From a virus (Duplodnaviria; Caudoviricetes), in the IMG/VR virus record IMGVR_UViG_3300032117_000040, positions 1-51,757 of that record: a stretch of 51,757 nt of DNA, one strand, 5' to 3'. How positions within the stretch are numbered: the first letter of the stretch is position 1; each line of letters starts with the position of its first letter. The translations under genes and the position numbers were made by a program. The notes under the pieces were generated by a model. It saw only the letters and a list, made by a program, of their open reading frames with translations, was not told where the DNA came from and searched no databases. Of this stretch, positions 29,602-37,526 are shown piece by piece.

Positions 29602-30027
29602 ATGGCTCAAGTAATTGTTTTCACAAATGAAGATGGCGGTGTTTCTGTTTGTGTCCCTACAGGTGAAATTCATATTGATGATGTAAAAACAAAAGACACT
29701 CCTGACCATTCAATAATTGTTGATGATTCTATTTTGCCTATTTCAGACAATGATTTTTTTAATTCATGGGAATTAAATGGTTCAACAATATCTGTCAATA
29801 TTACAAAAGCTATTGCTCAACAACAATCAAAATTAAATTCTATTGCAAAAATAGAAGTAAATCATAGAGCAACAAATACAGGCGCTGGCATAGAAAATAA
29901 ACTTTCAGACACTGATTGGCTTTCTTTGTTGTCTACTGCAAGAACGACTATTGCTTCATGTACGACAACCCAACAATTGCGGGATGCTATTGCGCCTGTA
30001 GAAAGCGCAATTTCTGATAATGCGTGA
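29602..30027 (+). CDS. tail fibre assembly protein
   Basis: Follows the fibre; GGVSV..P and FFNSWE motifs. Confidence 0.6.
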   Translation: MAQVIVFTNEDGGVSVCVPTGEIHIDDVKTKDTPDHSIIVDDSILPISDNDFFNSWELNGSTISVNITKAIAQQQSKLNSIAKIEVNHRATNTGAGIENKLSDTDWLSLLSTARTTIASCTTTQQLRDAIAPVESAISDNA

Positions 30028-30078
30028 TACACTTTCAAAGGGAAGCCAACACCCTTTTGTTGGTAAAAATGGAGTTTA

Positions 30079-30330
30079 ATGATGCAACCTCAACAAATTT
30101 TTACTACGCAACCTGTCACTGTGCCTGCTGGCTTGGTCAAGGCAATTTTTGACTACATCGGTAGCCGCCCATCGGTCGAGACAGCGCTGTTGACCATTCA
30201 GTTCCAGCAAGTCGTCGGCGCTCAGATGCAAGCCATTGAAGATGCTGTTAAAGCTGCTGCACCAGCTGAAACACCAGTTGAAACACAAACCGAAGCCGCA
30301 CCATCTTCAAGCGAACCAGCACAGGCTTGA
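30079..30330 (+). CDS. hypothetical protein
   Basis: 83 aa; GGAG RBS; Pro/Ala/Glu-rich tail. Confidence 0.6.
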   Translation: MMQPQQIFTTQPVTVPAGLVKAIFDYIGSRPSVETALLTIQFQQVVGAQMQAIEDAVKAAAPAETPVETQTEAAPSSSEPAQA

Positions 30331-30333
30331 TAT

Positions 30334-30513
30334 ATGGCGACCATTGACCAAACTGATGCCCGATTAAGTACGCACGAAGAAGTTTGTGCGTTGCGCTATG
30401 AAGTCATCAACGCGCGTCTAAAGCGCATCGAACAAATTATGATCACCTCTGCGGGGCTTATGATTTGTTCGATGGCAGGTATAGTCTTTACATTCTTGTC
30501 GCATGTAAAGTGA
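30334..30513 (+). CDS. 59-aa coiled-coil plus C-terminal TM protein (XhlA/holin-like); cassette A gene 1
   Basis: Translated by hand: MATIDQTDARLSTHEEVCALRYEVINARLKRIEQIMITSAGLMICSMAGIVFTFLSHVK. Confidence 0.7.
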   Translation: MATIDQTDARLSTHEEVCALRYEVINARLKRIEQIMITSAGLMICSMAGIVFTFLSHVK

Positions 30514-30514
30514 T

Positions 30515-31093
30515 GTGGATCCGATAACCGCCTTTGCAGCATGTAAGGCCGCGTATTCGGGTATCCAAGGTGCCATCGGCATCTACCAAGATTTAAAGAA
30601 AACAGGCCATGATCTGTCTGGCATCACCCACGAAGTTGGGGGGATGCTTTCTTCGTTTTTCCAAGGCCAACAGCATCTAGAAGACGAGCACGAAAAACAA
30701 AAAGAGCAGGCCAAAAAGGACATGGCCGCTGGCAAACCGCGCAATGTCACGATGGAAGCTATCGATAACGTGATGCGCTTGCGAGAGATACGGCGCTACT
30801 ACGCCGAACTAGAGCACATGGTGCGCTATGAGCTGGGTATGCCAGACCTGTGGCGAGAAATTGTGGATGAGCGTCAACGCCTGATCAACGAGCGTGAGGC
30901 GGCAAAACGAGCCAAAGAACTGGCCGAGCAGCAAGCTGAGGCCAAAAGACAGTACCGTTTGGCACGAATTCGTCAAAATATTTCCTTGGTATTGGCTATC
31001 ATCCTAGGAGTTGTAACCATCGTAGGCACCGTATGCGCGATAGAACTGCTGATTCAGGAAGATATGACGCGACGATACGAAATCTACGGATAA
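30515..31093 (+). CDS. 'MDPIT' helical protein with C-terminal TM; cassette A gene 2
   Basis: GTG start; 192 aa; homologous to 47947-48669. Confidence 0.8.
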   Translation: MDPITAFAACKAAYSGIQGAIGIYQDLKKTGHDLSGITHEVGGMLSSFFQGQQHLEDEHEKQKEQAKKDMAAGKPRNVTMEAIDNVMRLREIRRYYAELEHMVRYELGMPDLWREIVDERQRLINEREAAKRAKELAEQQAEAKRQYRLARIRQNISLVLAIILGVVTIVGTVCAIELLIQEDMTRRYEIYG

Positions 31094-31236
31094 CGGCTAT
31101 CGCGCTGACGGTCGCGCTTGTGATGCTGATTGCGTCAGGCGCATATTGGTGGACAATGGAAGAACGTAAATTGGGCTTGCGCAAAATCAAAGAATTGAAA
31201 CAGGAGCTGGAAATATGCAAAAAAGCATCGCAATAG
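31033..31236 (+). CDS. TM plus coiled-coil protein overlapping gene 2 in the -1 frame; cassette A gene 3
   Basis: 67 aa; TM segment IALTVALVMLIASGAYWW; positional equivalent of 47798-48082. Confidence 0.65.
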   Translation: MRDRTADSGRYDATIRNLRITAIALTVALVMLIASGAYWWTMEERKLGLRKIKELKQELEICKKASQ

Positions 31237-31391
31237 CTTTGCTGATATTGTTATCAGGTTGCGAAGATCATTTTAGGTATCCATGCCAAGACCCAACCAA
31301 CTGGGACAAAAAAGAATGCAAGCCGCCAATCTGTTCAGTCACTGCAACTTGCCCTGAGCAGCTAGTAAAGATTAATAAGGACAAACCATGA
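31215..31391 (+). CDS. 58-aa Cys-rich lipoprotein; cassette A gene 4
   Basis: Translated by hand; lipobox LSGC; 21/37 ungapped identities to 47568-47801. Confidence 0.8.
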   Translation: MQKSIAIALLILLSGCEDHFRYPCQDPTNWDKKECKPPICSVTATCPEQLVKINKDKP

Positions 31392-31663
31392 AAAATTGGA
31401 CGCCTGAACAATGGGGTGATTTCTTTGAATCGCTCTCGCTGATGCTGTTGGAAGCGTCATTGTCTATCGCTTTCGTAGGGGGCATCTTCGCTATACTTTA
31501 TGGGCTGATCCATGTGTCGCAGCCAATGGAAGGCCAAAGTCTGAACGACAAAGCGATGTTTGCCATTCTGACGCCTTTGATGATTTTCTTGCCAACGATT
31601 ATTGACAAGATAATTGCCAAGAAAACAGAATCTCGTGTAAAAGAAAAGGGCGACAATGTTTAA
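31388..31663 (+). CDS. 2-TM membrane protein (holin candidate); cassette A gene 5
   Basis: Two hydrophobic segments; FAILYGLIHVSQP matches FALLYSVTFVTQP in cassette B. Confidence 0.7.
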   Translation: MKNWTPEQWGDFFESLSLMLLEASLSIAFVGGIFAILYGLIHVSQPMEGQSLNDKAMFAILTPLMIFLPTIIDKIIAKKTESRVKEKGDNV

Positions 31664-32090
31664 TCCCTATATGATTCTTGGCGCGCTGGCGCTGTGCGTG
31701 GCTGCTTTCTTTGAAGGTATCCACTATCAACGCTTGGAAGACGTGGCGCAGATTGCGCAACTGAATGAGCAAACCCGACAAGTCGAACAACAGCGCGTGC
31801 AAGAGGCCAACGATCACGCAATCAAATTGAGAGATGCAAATGCAAAAGCTGACCAACAAATTATTAAACTTAAGTCTGACGTTGCTTCTGGCGAGTTGCG
31901 CCTCTCGCTCCGTGCCGTACAACCCGCCAGCGATCCCGCCTCTGCCGCCAGAGCTGGGGTCGAAGCAAGATGCGACATTGACCCAACGGCTGCTCAATCT
32001 CTTGTCACCATCGCAGCAGACGGGGACAAAGCGATCCGACAGCTCAACGAATTGATTGATTTTTACAACCAAGTAAGGAGTGCTAAATGA
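31656..32090 (+). CDS. Rz: i-spanin
   Basis: N-terminal TM, coiled coil, GELRL and I..DGD.AI.QL motifs. Confidence 0.85.
   Translation: MFNPYMILGALALCVAAFFEGIHYQRLEDVAQIAQLNEQTRQVEQQRVQEANDHAIKLRDANAKADQQIIKLKSDVASGELRLSLRAVQPASDPASAARAGVEARCDIDPTAAQSLVTIAADGDKAIRQLNELIDFYNQVRSAK
31834..32055 (+). CDS. Rz1: o-spanin embedded in Rz
   Basis: +1 frame; lipobox LASC; Pro-rich; start at 31834 or 31840. Confidence 0.8.
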   Translation: MQMQKLTNKLLNLSLTLLLASCASRSVPYNPPAIPPLPPELGSKQDATLTQRLLNLLSPSQQTGTKRSDSSTN

Positions 32091-32536
32091 ATGAGAATTT
32101 GAATTACGACCAAGCTGGTCTTGACGTTACCGAGGACTCTGAGGGCTGTCGCCTGACGGCCTATCCTGATCCCGGTACAGGCGGCGATCCTTGGACTATC
32201 GGCTATGGACATACAGGTGCGGATGTGCACCCCGGCATGACCATTGATCACGCGCAAGCCGAAGAATTTTTGCGCCATGACGTGCGCAGCGCTGAAGCAG
32301 CTGTCAAACGTCTCGTCAAAGTCGAGCTGACTCAGCACCAATTTGACGCTTTGGTTGACTTTGCATTCAACTGCGGCGCTGGCAATTTGCAACACAGCAC
32401 TTTGTTGAAGCTGGTCAATGAAGGTGACTTTGCCACCGCGTCTACGCACTTTGGCGATTGGGTCAAAGGCGGCGGCCATGTGTTGCCCGGATTGGTGAAA
32501 CGCCGCCACGCCGAAACCGTGCTGTTTAATTCTTGA
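32087..32536 (+). CDS. endolysin, GH24 lysozyme
   Basis: EG.RL.AY.D...WTIGYGHT, QFDALV.F.FN.G and GLV.RR..E motifs. Confidence 0.95.
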   Translation: MNENLNYDQAGLDVTEDSEGCRLTAYPDPGTGGDPWTIGYGHTGADVHPGMTIDHAQAEEFLRHDVRSAEAAVKRLVKVELTQHQFDALVDFAFNCGAGNLQHSTLLKLVNEGDFATASTHFGDWVKGGGHVLPGLVKRRHAETVLFNS

Positions 32537-32550
32537 TACGTGGTAACGCG

Positions 32551-32769
32551 ATGACTGACATGTTCGACAAAGCTACGGAAACCGAAGAGCAATTTCGCAA
32601 TCAAGCTATAGACAATATCCGTAAGAATGCCGGACAGTCCAGACATTTAGGCCGTTGTCTCTGTTGCAATGCGCAAGTCGAGAACAACGGCCTATTTTGT
32701 AACATCGATTGCCGCGAAGACTATGAGCTAACGCAACGCATTCGACGTATCACTGGGCGCCCTACTTGA
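32551..32769 (+). CDS. TraR/DksA-like C4 zinc-finger protein
   Basis: N-terminal DxxDxA (DMFDKA); CxxC and CxxxC. Confidence 0.6.
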   Translation: MTDMFDKATETEEQFRNQAIDNIRKNAGQSRHLGRCLCCNAQVENNGLFCNIDCREDYELTQRIRRITGRPT

Positions 32770-32986
32770 TGCGCGCCACCTTTGCCTTTTTGAGCACAAG
32801 TTCGTACTGCTTTTTGGCTTCATCATCGAGCTTGCGCAAAGGCAAGTTCTGATAGTAGCTCCACTTGTCTTGGTACTGTTTGATCTCAGAAGGTGGCACC
32901 CAACCTAGCGCGCGCCATCTCTCTTGAATATCAGTGCCCGAAGGCGTCCAAATGTGCTCGTTAGCTGGGGATGATGGTAAAGCCAT
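32762..32986 (-). CDS. hypothetical protein
   Basis: 74 aa, coupled to the upstream HNH gene; WR.LGWVPPSE motif. Confidence 0.6.
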   Translation of the reverse strand: MALPSSPANEHIWTPSGTDIQERWRALGWVPPSEIKQYQDKWSYYQNLPLRKLDDEAKKQYELVLKKAKVARIK

Positions 32987-33534
32987 TATTTTTCCTTTCT
33001 TTTACGGGCAGCTCGTTGAGCCCTGTGTCTTGCATTATTGCTTTCTGTACAAAGAGTGCATCTGCACTTATGTGACTCGTATCCGGCTCTTGTGCCGTGA
33101 ACCCAAGTTCTCAATTTTCCACTTACCAAAGCCTTTTCTATCGGCATACGTTGTAAACGCTTAAATAAAGTATCAGTGCGCAATGTAAGCTTCTTAGCCC
33201 ATTGAGAAACAGTCAACGTCATACCGTTGTGAGTCAGTCTCACGTTACGTCGCTGATTATTCAATTGCTCTTCTTTTGTAGCCCATCGACAATTGTTAGG
33301 GCTATAACCTTTATTTGTGTCTAACCTATCCAAAGATTTGCCGTCAGGGACTTCACCCATATCAGCAAAAAAATTGTCGTAACTTTTCAACCATCTGGCG
33401 CATACAGTTATTCCTCTTCCGCCATAGTTAACCCACGCAATGTCTTTTTTATCTTGACAACGTCTGCACATGTTGCGCCAAGCAAAATAAGTCTTGGTGC
33501 CCGAAGGATTTTTCCATTTTGATCTATTGGTCAT
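32986..33534 (-). CDS. HNH-type homing endonuclease-like protein
   Basis: W..M..RC, YGGRGI.VC.RW and SLDR.D..GY.P.NCRWAT motifs; C-terminal HGT..CRC..C. Confidence 0.75.
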   Translation of the reverse strand: MTNRSKWKNPSGTKTYFAWRNMCRRCQDKKDIAWVNYGGRGITVCARWLKSYDNFFADMGEVPDGKSLDRLDTNKGYSPNNCRWATKEEQLNNQRRNVRLTHNGMTLTVSQWAKKLTLRTDTLFKRLQRMPIEKALVSGKLRTWVHGTRAGYESHKCRCTLCTESNNARHRAQRAARKRKEK

Positions 33535-33553
33535 AACCTATAATATCATAAAG

Positions 33554-33883
33554 CTACTTTGCGTCAACCAACTCACCATTCTTTACAATCTGACGAGTGA
33601 CTTTGACATCTGTAGCACCTTCAAAATTTGTCAATTTATTGACAACTAATTGAGAATAGCCGCAAACGTCTCGCCAGCTATCAATGAAACATGGGTCGCC
33701 ATTCAAGATACGAGCTATCTTGTGCGCAATCATCTCAAGTGCCTCGCAGTGCTCATACGGTAAGTCTTGCCAGCCCTCAGACTCGTACATGACGGCTTTT
33801 AGCTTTTGACTTATTTCAGCATGGGTAGCGAAATTGCCGTGGGTCTTTTGGCGTTGGGCTAGGGTTTGTGCAATCTTGCTCAT
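33554..33883 (-). CDS. DUF6378-like protein
   Basis: R..THG.F, KIARILNGDP and DSW.D..GY motifs. Confidence 0.7.
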   Translation of the reverse strand: MSKIAQTLAQRQKTHGNFATHAEISQKLKAVMYESEGWQDLPYEHCEALEMIAHKIARILNGDPCFIDSWRDVCGYSQLVVNKLTNFEGATDVKVTRQIVKNGELVDAK

Positions 33884-34074
33884 TTGTTCCTCGCTTCTTT
33901 TAAAAGTTCAATGCGTTCACGTGCTACGCGCAGGGTGTTATAGCGTTGGTGCAAACGTTCCAAGACAGATAGGCGTTTAGCGCCCACTCGTTCGGCGTTG
34001 AGCATCTCCAACACCTCATCTTCCGTCTTTGACGTCAGCACGCTGTTAAGTTCGCGCCAATTTAAGTTTTCCAA
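33880..34074 (-). CDS. hypothetical protein
   Basis: 64 aa; TTG start with GGAGG RBS; RLHQRY motif. Confidence 0.65.
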   Translation of the reverse strand: MENLNWRELNSVLTSKTEDEVLEMLNAERVGAKRLSVLERLHQRYNTLRVARERIELLKEARNK

Positions 34075-34210
34075 TTTTTTCCTCCAGTGCGGTTAATTTT
34101 TTTACAGTGCTGTTGTGGCTGCGCTGCGCTGAGTTGAGCGTCCTTGCGCGGATGCGCAATTCAGCTTTGAGTGCCTTAAGTTTTATCTCATAGGCTTTGA
34201 GTCGTGTCAT
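34046..34210 (-). CDS. 54-aa basic coiled-coil protein
   Basis: Translated by hand (MTRLKAYEIKLKALK...); ATGA-coupled to the helicase. Confidence 0.55.
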   Translation of the reverse strand: MTRLKAYEIKLKALKAELRIRARTLNSAQRSHNSTVKKLTALEEKIGKLKLART

Positions 34211-35565
34211 CTAAGTTCCTCCATTGCAATGTCACTAATGGCGCGTTTATCGTGGAGCGCCGCCCAAATCTTTTCATCTACTGTCTTGTTAGTGAGCAGA
34301 ATGTAGACCCACACCGCGAACCGTTGACCGCTGCGATGTAGTCTTCCCACAGTTTGTTCGTACAGCTCCAACGACCAAGGCAAGGACAAAAATACCATTC
34401 GGCACCCCCCATGCTGTAGATTGAGTCCGTGTCCTGCTGACTTAGGATGTATAAGTAGTAGCTCAACTCGCCCAGCGTTCCAACGTCCAATTGCGTCGTT
34501 GTCGTCGATGGTGACGGCATGGGAATAGCGCCGTAAAAGCTCGGCCAATTCTTCTTGATAGTTATAGACGACAATTGTGTTGGCTCTTTGGTTCTCTTCC
34601 AAAAGGTCTTCAAGAAGATCAAACCTGTGCGAACTAAACCAAACAGGTTTTTGAGTGACGATGAACTTACCGGGCTTTTCTGGGTTTGGTTTTTTGGTTG
34701 TCTCATAAACGAATCCACTGGCCATCTGTTGCAATTTGCCTGTCACCACCGCAGCGTTTGCAGCCACGGCGCGCGCGTCGGGAAATTCCACAACGAAATC
34801 AGCTTTCATTTTCTCGTAGTGTTGGCGCTCCATGTCGCAGCGCATCTCCACCGTATGACAGGGTGGCAGTTTGTCTTTGTAGTCGCCAGCATCGAGCACA
34901 TAGGTGGCAGGCTTGATCTTAGCCATGACGCCTTCCAGCGCGCCGGGACGGGGCGCCCAATCGCCGTAGTCGCGGTTGATACACACGAAGAATTGCTGAA
35001 GAAACGCGCCCTTGCTTCGGCCTAAGAGCTTGGTGTCAACGATTTTGCATTGACCGAACACATCTTCAAGGCCATTGCTGGTAAACGAGCCTGTCAGACC
35101 CCAGCGAATCTTGAAGTGATCGATGACTTTGTGCAACGCCTTAAAGCGTTTGCCTGACGCATTTTTCAATCGTGTGAGCTCGTCAAACACAATGCCGTCA
35201 AAACTAGATAAGTCTTGTTCGGCCAACCATTGCAAATTGTCGTAATTGATCACGACCACATGGGCGTCAGACGCCACCGCAGCTTGACGTTGTTTGGGCG
35301 TGCCTACGGCTAAAGCCATAGACAGTTTGGGTGCCCACTTGGGCAACTCCACAGGCCATACATCCGTACACACACGCTTTGGGGCTAAGACCAACCAACC
35401 GTTGACGTGGCCGCTGTTGATCATGTCTTGCATGGCCGTAAGCGTGATAGCAGTCTTGCCCGCGCCAACAGGCGCCAGCACCATTGCTCTGTCGTGCTCG
35501 AAGATGAAGTCGGCGGCTACCTCTTGGTAGTCACGCAATTTCAAACTGTTTTGCCCACTCATCAA
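34207..35565 (-). CDS. SNF2-family DNA helicase
   Basis: LRDYQ, GAGKT, FDE, LTGS, GHGLNLQ and GRLHRSGQ motifs; exact start uncertain. Confidence 0.9.
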   Translation of the reverse strand: MMSGQNSLKLRDYQEVAADFIFEHDRAMVLAPVGAGKTAITLTAMQDMINSGHVNGWLVLAPKRVCTDVWPVELPKWAPKLSMALAVGTPKQRQAAVASDAHVVVINYDNLQWLAEQDLSSFDGIVFDELTRLKNASGKRFKALHKVIDHFKIRWGLTGSFTSNGLEDVFGQCKIVDTKLLGRSKGAFLQQFFVCINRDYGDWAPRPGALEGVMAKIKPATYVLDAGDYKDKLPPCHTVEMRCDMERQHYEKMKADFVVEFPDARAVAANAAVVTGKLQQMASGFVYETTKKPNPEKPGKFIVTQKPVWFSSHRFDLLEDLLEENQRANTIVVYNYQEELAELLRRYSHAVTIDDNDAIGRWNAGRVELLLIHPKSAGHGLNLQHGGCRMVFLSLPWSLELYEQTVGRLHRSGQRFAVWVYILLTNKTVDEKIWAALHDKRAISDIAMEELR

Positions 35566-35815
35566 TTTGTTCCTTGGTATTCAACAGCGCATACTTCTGA
35601 TTCAACCCCAGCATGTTTCTTGCAAACAGCTTTTGTAATTCAGACAGCTTGCCGCCTTTGGGTCGTTTAAGTTCGACAAACCACGTATGGCCGTTTACCA
35701 TGCAGGCAACCTGATCAGACACGCCGCGCTGGTTGGGTGATTTAAATTTGTAGGACTTACCGCCTAACATGGCGACTTTCCAAACAAAATAATTTTCGAC
35801 TTCTTTTTCAATCAT
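35531..35815 (-). CDS. VRR-NUC nuclease
   Basis: EK.VE, GV.D and FVELKRP.G.LS.LQ motifs. Confidence 0.85.
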   Translation of the reverse strand: MIEKEVENYFVWKVAMLGGKSYKFKSPNQRGVSDQVACMVNGHTWFVELKRPKGGKLSELQKLFARNMLGLNQKYALLNTKEQIDEWAKQFEIA

Positions 35816-35819
35816 GTCA

Positions 35820-35856
35820 GAAAGTTTAGCACAAATAAATTTTTGTGCTATAGTGA
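35820..35856. promoter_or_regulatory. divergent promoter pair on a palindrome
   Basis: TAGCACAAA / TTTGTGCTA inverted repeat; extended -10 TGCTATAGT (+) and TGCTAAACT (-). Confidence 0.6.
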
Positions 35857-35887
35857 GGGTTCAAACATTCAAGTAAAGGACTCTCAA

Positions 35888-36133
35888 ATGAAATCAGCTC
35901 TTCTCATTGCCCTGCTCTCAGGGCTGTCTGGATGCGCAATGTTGGCCAACGCGCCCGTGCCGTTATCCAGCGTCAAAAAGATCGAAGGTATGTCCCGCGA
36001 TCAAGTCATCGAGGCATCCAAGCAATGCACCGATGCCAAACTCAAGCCTGTTGTGCGGTATGTGTTTCAGCCCAGCGATTTTGGGCGTATCCAAACGCCT
36101 ATCGACGTTCAATGCGAAACCTACAGATATTGA
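35888..36133 (+). CDS. small lipoprotein
   Basis: ATG at 35888 after AAGGA; signal peptide with LSGC lipobox. Confidence 0.7.
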   Translation: MKSALLIALLSGLSGCAMLANAPVPLSSVKKIEGMSRDQVIEASKQCTDAKLKPVVRYVFQPSDFGRIQTPIDVQCETYRY

Positions 36134-36141
36134 GGTGCAAC

Positions 36142-36378
36142 ATGCTTGACTTCATCAAAAACGTCTGCGCCAGCATTGTTTGTTTCTTTTTGTTTGTGGT
36201 TTATGTCACATCGGCAACGCCTGCACCGAAAGAACAACCGCGCGAAGAAATCATCATCGAAGAAAAACCGCCTGTCGATGAACACAAACAATTGTTTATG
36301 GAAGACTGCATGAGCATGGTGATGAACACCGAAAAAGATTGCAACCGTCTTTATGCTGAATTAACAGGGAAAAACTAA
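36142..36378 (+). CDS. small membrane-anchored protein
   Basis: GAGGTG RBS before ATG at 36142; N-terminal TM; Cys pair. Confidence 0.6.
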   Translation: MLDFIKNVCASIVCFFLFVVYVTSATPAPKEQPREEIIIEEKPPVDEHKQLFMEDCMSMVMNTEKDCNRLYAELTGKN

Positions 36379-37517
36379 TGGCCTCACTTCACTCATCCAT
36401 CGTCGGCGGTTCAACCGCTAAACGAGTCATCAACTGTCCCGGCTCTGTGGCGTTGTGCGCCAAGATGCCGCCCAAGCCCTCAAGCGAACATGCAGATCGT
36501 GGCACCCTGCTGCATGATGCCATCGCTGACATTTTGGGCAAGGACTTAGAACCACGTTCAGTCATTGGGCGCAAGCACGAAGGCATTGAGCTGACAGAAG
36601 AGCTTTTTGAAGAAAAACTTGTGCCTGCGCTCAAAGCCTTGGACGAGATCGATCCAGATTGCCAGATGGATTTGGTCGTTGAGAACTACGTGAACTTCGG
36701 CGACTTCATTCCCGGCGCGTTTGGTTCAGCTGACGTTATCGGCAAACTGGGTCGCAAGGCTGTCATTCTCGATTGGAAATTTGGCGACGGCGTTGTCGTT
36801 GAGGCTGAAGAAAACGACCAAGGTTTGTTCTACGCAGGCGCTGCCATGCGCACGCCAGCTGTGCAATGGGCGTTTGAAGACATCGATGAGGTAGAGATCA
36901 TCATCGTTCAACCGCCAGAAGTTAAGCGCTGGACAACAAGTGTAGAGCGCATCAAACAATTTGAGGTCGAATTGGCGCGCGCTGTGAAGCTGGCGCAAAC
37001 GCCTGATGCGCCCATAAAAGATGGATCGCACTGCCGTTGGTGCGCGGCCAAACCCACTTGCCCTTTGAAGACAGGCGAAGTCGAGCGCGTGCAAAAGATT
37101 GCCATTCAAGCAATCGACAAGACCAAGTTATCTGAGTACCTTGTTGTGGCAGACGCGCTAGAAGATTGGATCAAGGACGTGCGCGCGCTGGCGCATCAGA
37201 TCCTTGACTCAGGTGCACCTGTGCCCGGATTCAAGCTCGTTTCCAAACGCGCTACGCGCCAATGGAAGTTGAACAAAGATGAAACCATGCAAGCCTTGTT
37301 CAAGATGGAGTTAAACTTTGACGACATCTTCAGCAAACCAGAATTACTAAGCCCTGCTCAAGTTGAGAAGGTGCTTAAAAAGCGCAAGTTGGAGTTGCCA
37401 GACGATCTCGTCATGGCGATTTCATCAGGCACTACGATGGCGTCGGAGAGCGATCCCCGCCCCGCCGTATTGAAAATCGGACAGCAAATGACTGCTGCCC
37501 TCTCTAAACTTAACTAA
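36378..37517 (+). CDS. Cas4-like PD-(D/E)xK exonuclease (DUF2800-like)
   Basis: CPGS, GT..H, G.AD, DWKFG and CRWC.....CP motifs. Confidence 0.85.
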   Translation: MASLHSSIVGGSTAKRVINCPGSVALCAKMPPKPSSEHADRGTLLHDAIADILGKDLEPRSVIGRKHEGIELTEELFEEKLVPALKALDEIDPDCQMDLVVENYVNFGDFIPGAFGSADVIGKLGRKAVILDWKFGDGVVVEAEENDQGLFYAGAAMRTPAVQWAFEDIDEVEIIIVQPPEVKRWTTSVERIKQFEVELARAVKLAQTPDAPIKDGSHCRWCAAKPTCPLKTGEVERVQKIAIQAIDKTKLSEYLVVADALEDWIKDVRALAHQILDSGAPVPGFKLVSKRATRQWKLNKDETMQALFKMELNFDDIFSKPELLSPAQVEKVLKKRKLELPDDLVMAISSGTTMASESDPRPAVLKIGQQMTAALSKLN

Positions 37518-37526
37518 GGAAAAAAA

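Noticed and set aside
36378-37517. Cas4 as evidence of a CRISPR system
   Set aside because: A stand-alone Cas4-like nuclease next to SSB and polymerase is a normal phage replication gene.
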